A DNA stretch of 64,000 nucleotides from Blepharisma stoltei ATCC 30299 (lineage: Eukaryota > Protista > Ciliophora): contig CBFDEM010000023.1 of the NCBI GenBank assembly GCA_965603825.1, positions 434,001 through 498,000 of the forward strand. The letters run 5' to 3'. Made by a program: the position numbers and the translations under genes. The notes beneath the pieces are model-generated. The model was not told the DNA's origin and did no database searches. It saw nothing but the letters and a program-made list of their open reading frames with translations. How positions within the stretch are numbered: position 1 is the first letter of the stretch; each line of letters opens with the position of its first letter. This document shows positions 60,033 through 64,000 of this stretch, in pieces.

Positions 60033-61761
60033 TTAAAATGCTTTGCAAGTGCAGTTGTCTCGGTAGGATTTGGATGAGCTTTTGCTGAGCTTTTGAAACT
60101 CGTCTGGTAAGATTTCGGGGTTACTTTCTTTAAACATCATGAGTCTTAGCACCAAATTTGTTTTTTTCTCGACATCTCTGGCTTTTCGTTGTTCTTTTCT
60201 TTTAGCCTTGTCTGATCTCCATTTCCCACCTCTATTACCTCTTTTTCTTCCTCTCTAAAGTAATTATTACGTTTTTTGCGTCTTTATGTAGATTTAGCCT
60301 CAGATCATGCTTTTGAAGCTCTAATATTTTGAAAGCCTTTTTGAGATCATTTTCATTATCTTCTCAAGATTGTTCACTCGTAATAATCATATCAAAGAGA
60401 CTCTGCGATCTCTCTCCATCAGATTTTTTGTAATTTTTTAATATTCCTCTGCGAATATCTCAAAACTTTTGACTGAAGTCAGAAACAAACACAGTTGTAT
60501 CTTTCTCATTCGTAAATCGCCAATATTTGGTTCTTTCAACAAATGCAGGATAAAGATTGTTGCACTCTCTATTAAATTCATCTATGTGAATTTGATCCAA
60601 AAATCCATTAAAAATCATAGTGGGAATGACATGCTGGTCTTTGATAGGTTCTTTGATTTGTGCAATAATTTCATCAATATTTTCGTAAAATCTATTATAT
60701 ATAGCATATTGGTCATATATCCCATTTTTGCTCCAAAAGGTATACTTAAGATCTCTTCATATTCTCCCATCTTTATCTGGGTCATATATATCTAGTAAAA
60801 TTCGATAATCATCAGTTATAGAATTAATATTCGCAGGAAAAAAAGCTTGGTTAGTAAGTTCTGTTGCAATGTTCTTTTTTTCAGCTGATAGCATGTGATT
60901 AATTCCTCTATAATTGATATCCATTGTTTTTAAAAGAAATTTCATCCCAAATCCCCAATCTTTTGCTATACGCAAGTCTTCAAAAACTAAAAATAAACTC
61001 AGGCTTTTGTATTTTATTAGAATCACACTCTCATGATCATACAATTCTGCAGAATCCGTTGCATATGATAATTTTAGCCACGCAGGATACCCTATGAGGT
61101 ATTCTGCTGGTGGAGCCTTTTTCCCTTCATCAGCAGGTTTTATTTCTTGTACAGAAACGTTTTCTTCATTTTTTTTGCTTCCTGCAAATGAAGTTTCGAC
61201 GACACCGTCTTCTAGCTCCTCTTCATTATATTCTTCATTTCATTCCTCTTCTATCGGCTCTACCATAGAGTTTTCTTTTTCTTCTTCTTCAATCTTGCTA
61301 TTTGACATCTTAGAATTGTTCATCTTATTTATTTGAGGATTGCTAGGAGCTCCAGATCTTGCAACAAGAGCTGAGTAATACTCATTTAAATTTATCACTT
61401 TCCTTTCTCTCGTTTCCAAGGGGCCTCATATAAAATTGACGGGATCTGCAAGTGAGACTATTACATAGCCTTTAAATTCATTAACTTTGTCAACTTGTTC
61501 TAGAAGTCTGGCAACTCCTCTTCCGTCGTCAGAAGATACCATTGATTCATTTGGATTCGAAGATTTGCAGTCCTCTTCTAATCCGAAATAAAAAATTGTG
61601 ACAATTTGATGGTTCGTTATAATATCGGTATAATGATCAGGGATTCTTCGTCAGTAGGCATCTCCTTTGAGAATTAGCGCAGATAGCTCACTGCTTTTTT
61701 GGATGTCAGTCCTTTCTTTTTGAGTGTTTCCTTTGCCTAATGATTTTCTTGAAGTTTTCAT
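60033..61761 (-). CDS. Hypothetical protein (570 aa if the 16-nt intron is spliced), possible split PH-like region, C-terminal CKAF
   Basis: Continuous frame from ATG 61761 with TGA=W. Unspliced it stops at TAA 60235-60237; spliced at 60255-60270 it runs to TAA 60033 and ends NCTCKAF. Confidence 0.72.
60255..60270 (-). other. Probable 16-nt intron
   Basis: Minus-strand GTAATAATTACTTTAG. Splicing opens 73 further codons of coding-like sequence that would otherwise be unexplained. Confidence 0.65.
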
Positions 61762-61914
61762 AATTTAATCCGTTTTATAATTCAAAGTTTAGTTGGGTAG
61801 ATTAATAAAGAACTATAGATTTCCCAAGCTCAGATGTGAAAAAACATCAAGATAATTAAGAAATTATTATATAATCAAAGCCATTTATTCGCCTATTTTT
61901 AGCAGAATTTAGAG

Positions 61915-62640
61915 ATGTCAAAAATAAATATCATCGAGCCAGCCTCAGACAGCAAGAGATGGACAAGAAAGAGGCACTCAAATCCTTTAAAAACTTCAAA
62001 GCTATCTGGCTGAAATAAACTTTCAGAAGTTTATACTCCGAAATCTCTCAGAAAAGGCTACTCATTCAATGAAGCAGCTCTAAGAACTTCAAGTATCAAA
62101 AACTTTTCCCCAAAATCTCAGCCAGAAAAATCTCCAACTCACACTGACTCATTATTAATAAAAATTAAACGAAAAAGTTCCAAGAAATCTTGCTGCTCAG
62201 AGAAAGACGATTTTAAATTTCGAATGATAGCATCGCCAAGGCAAAAAGAGATTCAAAAAGAACGTATGAAATCGCTTGAAAGTGTCCATGATAGCTGTGA
62301 AAGATCATTAAAATGCAGAAACTTCAGCCTTCCTAGGCTGCTTAAGGAGCATCAAAAATTAATTGAGTCATTTGAAATACAAAAAATTGCAATTCAATTG
62401 TTTCAAGATGGCCAGACCAGTAAAATTGATCATCCATTGGTCAGAAAGCATCAAGAATCTATTCATAATAGAATAAGACATGATGTGATCTCAATAAAGG
62501 ATGAAGTGTCAAGACTAACAGATCAAGCTAGGATTGACAATAAAATTTATAAATTGGTGGCTCCTTCATATTCTAGGAAAACTTTGGACTTTATGAAAAG
62601 CGTCAGAGTTGTATATCAAGCCTTTTCAAGCCCTAATTAG
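61915..62640 (+). CDS. Hypothetical basic protein, 241 aa
   Basis: ATG 61915 is in frame with ORF 62224 through one TGA; ends TAG. Confidence 0.72.
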
Positions 62641-62676
62641 CATGATATTTTAACAAATATTATATAAATGCTTACA

Positions 62677-63654
62677 TTAAATTACGGTTTTTGGAATCAT
62701 ATGCTCTTGGAAAGTCTTAGAAGCTTCAATGATTGACTGTCTCCAGATTTCCCAGAGCCTTTCGTTGAGTCTTCGTGTAAAATAATCAATCCCTACTCCT
62801 TTCGACTTGATTCATTCCTCTTTCGCAATTTCATAAAAATGCAATGCAGGATTTAATAGCTTTTCTGTCCAGCAAACACCCATTTTTGCTTTAATAGACA
62901 GCACAAACTCTGTAGAATTAAGCTGTTCCCCCAAGGTCAGTCATATTTCAATCGCTTTATCATAAAAGTCCCTGGCAGGTTGAATAACTCTTACTTTTAC
63001 ATTCATATTAAAAGGATTCACTTCAATAATATTTGTGACAAACTGGCTTGTCACTTGGAACGTAGAAAGTACTCTGTTTGATAGAGAATCAATATATCGT
63101 GAAAGAGATGAAAGAGTTTCTGGGCCTATAATCGCTTCAAGTGGCAAACTGGCTCTTTTCAGTACTTTACAAACTCTAGAAGCAAAAGTTTGTACTTCTT
63201 CTTGTGCAACTATAAGAGGCTGTAGTTGAGATTTAACCCGAGCACTTGGCAGAACTTTAAATTCAATCTGCTGAAGGTTTATGTCGATTTGCAAACTCAT
63301 CATTGCTAAAAAGAAATTATATAACAATGATTCAAGGCAAGCGCATTCTGAATTGGCTTCAGTCCAAATTGAGTTTAAAGACAGCTCGTCCTTGAAAGTT
63401 TGCTTAAATGTGCCGAAATCGATACTATAGGATCTCTGAATTATGCTGAGGAAGATTTCAATCAAGACTTCTAGACAATATTTCGCCAGCCTTATGTTCA
63501 AAAATTCAAGTTCTCGTTGAAGCGCAAGTCGCCAGTCTTCGCCAAGAAGCGAAAGTAAGGTATTTCTGAGCAGTTCTATATGTGGAAATTCTTGAGGATC
63601 GACTTCATAGTTAAAACACGAGTAATAAACCACGAGCTTTTCAGAATTCTCCAT
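62677..63654 (-). CDS. Hypothetical protein, 325 aa
   Basis: ORF 62941-63654 continues through TGA codons to TAA at 62677-62679. Confidence 0.75.
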
Positions 63655-63882
63655 AGATAATGTTATGACGTATTAAATCTAATCTGTTATAGCACTAAAA
63701 TTTCAATAAAATTTTACTGTACTTCAGCACTTAATGCTGACATGTCAAAATAAGTAAAATAAACATCGGCAAGCATTATTACATAATAAATTATTTTCAC
63801 CAAAAACTCAAATTAATAATTAATTAAAATCACATAGGTGAAATTTCTATGATTTAGAATTTTGCTTTAATTTAAGACTTAT

Positions 63883-64000
63883 TTAGAAATCTATGAGAAT
63901 TGATTGATTTATAGGTTCTTCCACTGCTTGTTTTACTTCAGCTTCATAGAATCCTTCTGCGCATATCTTTTTTCCTACCCCAAAATCATATCTTGTAATA
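63883..64000 (-). CDS. 3' end of a gene entering from beyond the window
   Basis: Minus-strand frame ...ITRYDFGVGKKICAEGFYEAEVKQAVEEPINQSILIDF* with coding-like composition; short, so the frame is uncertain. Confidence 0.5.
   Translation of the reverse strand, partial: ITRYDFGVGKKICAEGFYEAEVKQAVEEPINQSILIDF

Noticed and set aside
62671-62685. GTAATTTAATGTAAG as a possible 15-nt intron across the stop codon
   Set aside because: It lacks the position-10 A and the YAG of the other introns, and splicing would change only the last few codons; there is no need to invoke it.
88-63229. Numerous short antisense or alternate-frame ORFs in the track (e.g. 88-402, 17767-18183, 31093-31398, 56686-56940, 60469-60795)
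   Set aside because: They are shadows of well-supported genes on the other strand or frame, with F/S/L-rich composition typical of reverse-complemented E/K-rich coding DNA.
1-64000. Mycoplasma-like or mitochondrial origin (also TGA=Trp and AT-rich)
   Set aside because: The gene content is nuclear eukaryotic (dynein, VPS13, E2, EMC2, GID8) and there are GT-AG introns.
1-64000. TGA as selenocysteine or Cys, or context-dependent use of all three stops
   Set aside because: TGA alternates with TGG between paralogs and falls at Trp sites. The internal TAA/TAG codons I found in gene models all lie within tiny introns or the pseudogene.

Overview
AT-rich, very gene-dense eukaryotic DNA. It looks like the macronuclear genome of a heterotrich ciliate of the Blepharisma type: TGA is read as Trp, every complete gene I could model ends in TAA/TAG, and introns are tiny (15-17 nt, GTAA..AG). 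The supplied ORF track uses the standard code, so it fragments most genes. Re-read with TGA=Trp and the tiny introns removed, the window resolves into about 30 protein-coding genes. These include glutamine synthetase, GID8, UBE2K/UBC1, EMC2, MAM33, FAM184, a vacuolar sorting receptor, a MORN protein, a TM-RING ligase and a compact VPS13. Most notable: (1) a ~3,600-aa dynein-heavy-chain relative whose AAA1 and AAA4 P-loops are degenerate and whose stalk/microtubule-binding domain appears deleted, i.e. a probable non-motor 'pseudo-dynein'; (2) a tandem array of two intact and one decayed receptor genes with double Venus-flytrap ectodomains on a ~9-TM membrane domain; (3) a protein ending in a 2/2 truncated-globin fold that lacks the proximal His; (4) an 87-aa ORF with a Cip/Kip/KRP-like motif that the ORF track misses; (5) extreme packing, including two head-to-head gene pairs with only 14 nt between their ATGs. 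I recognised no rRNA, tRNA, CRISPR, telomere repeats or transposons. All family calls are by-eye motif recognition, not database searches.
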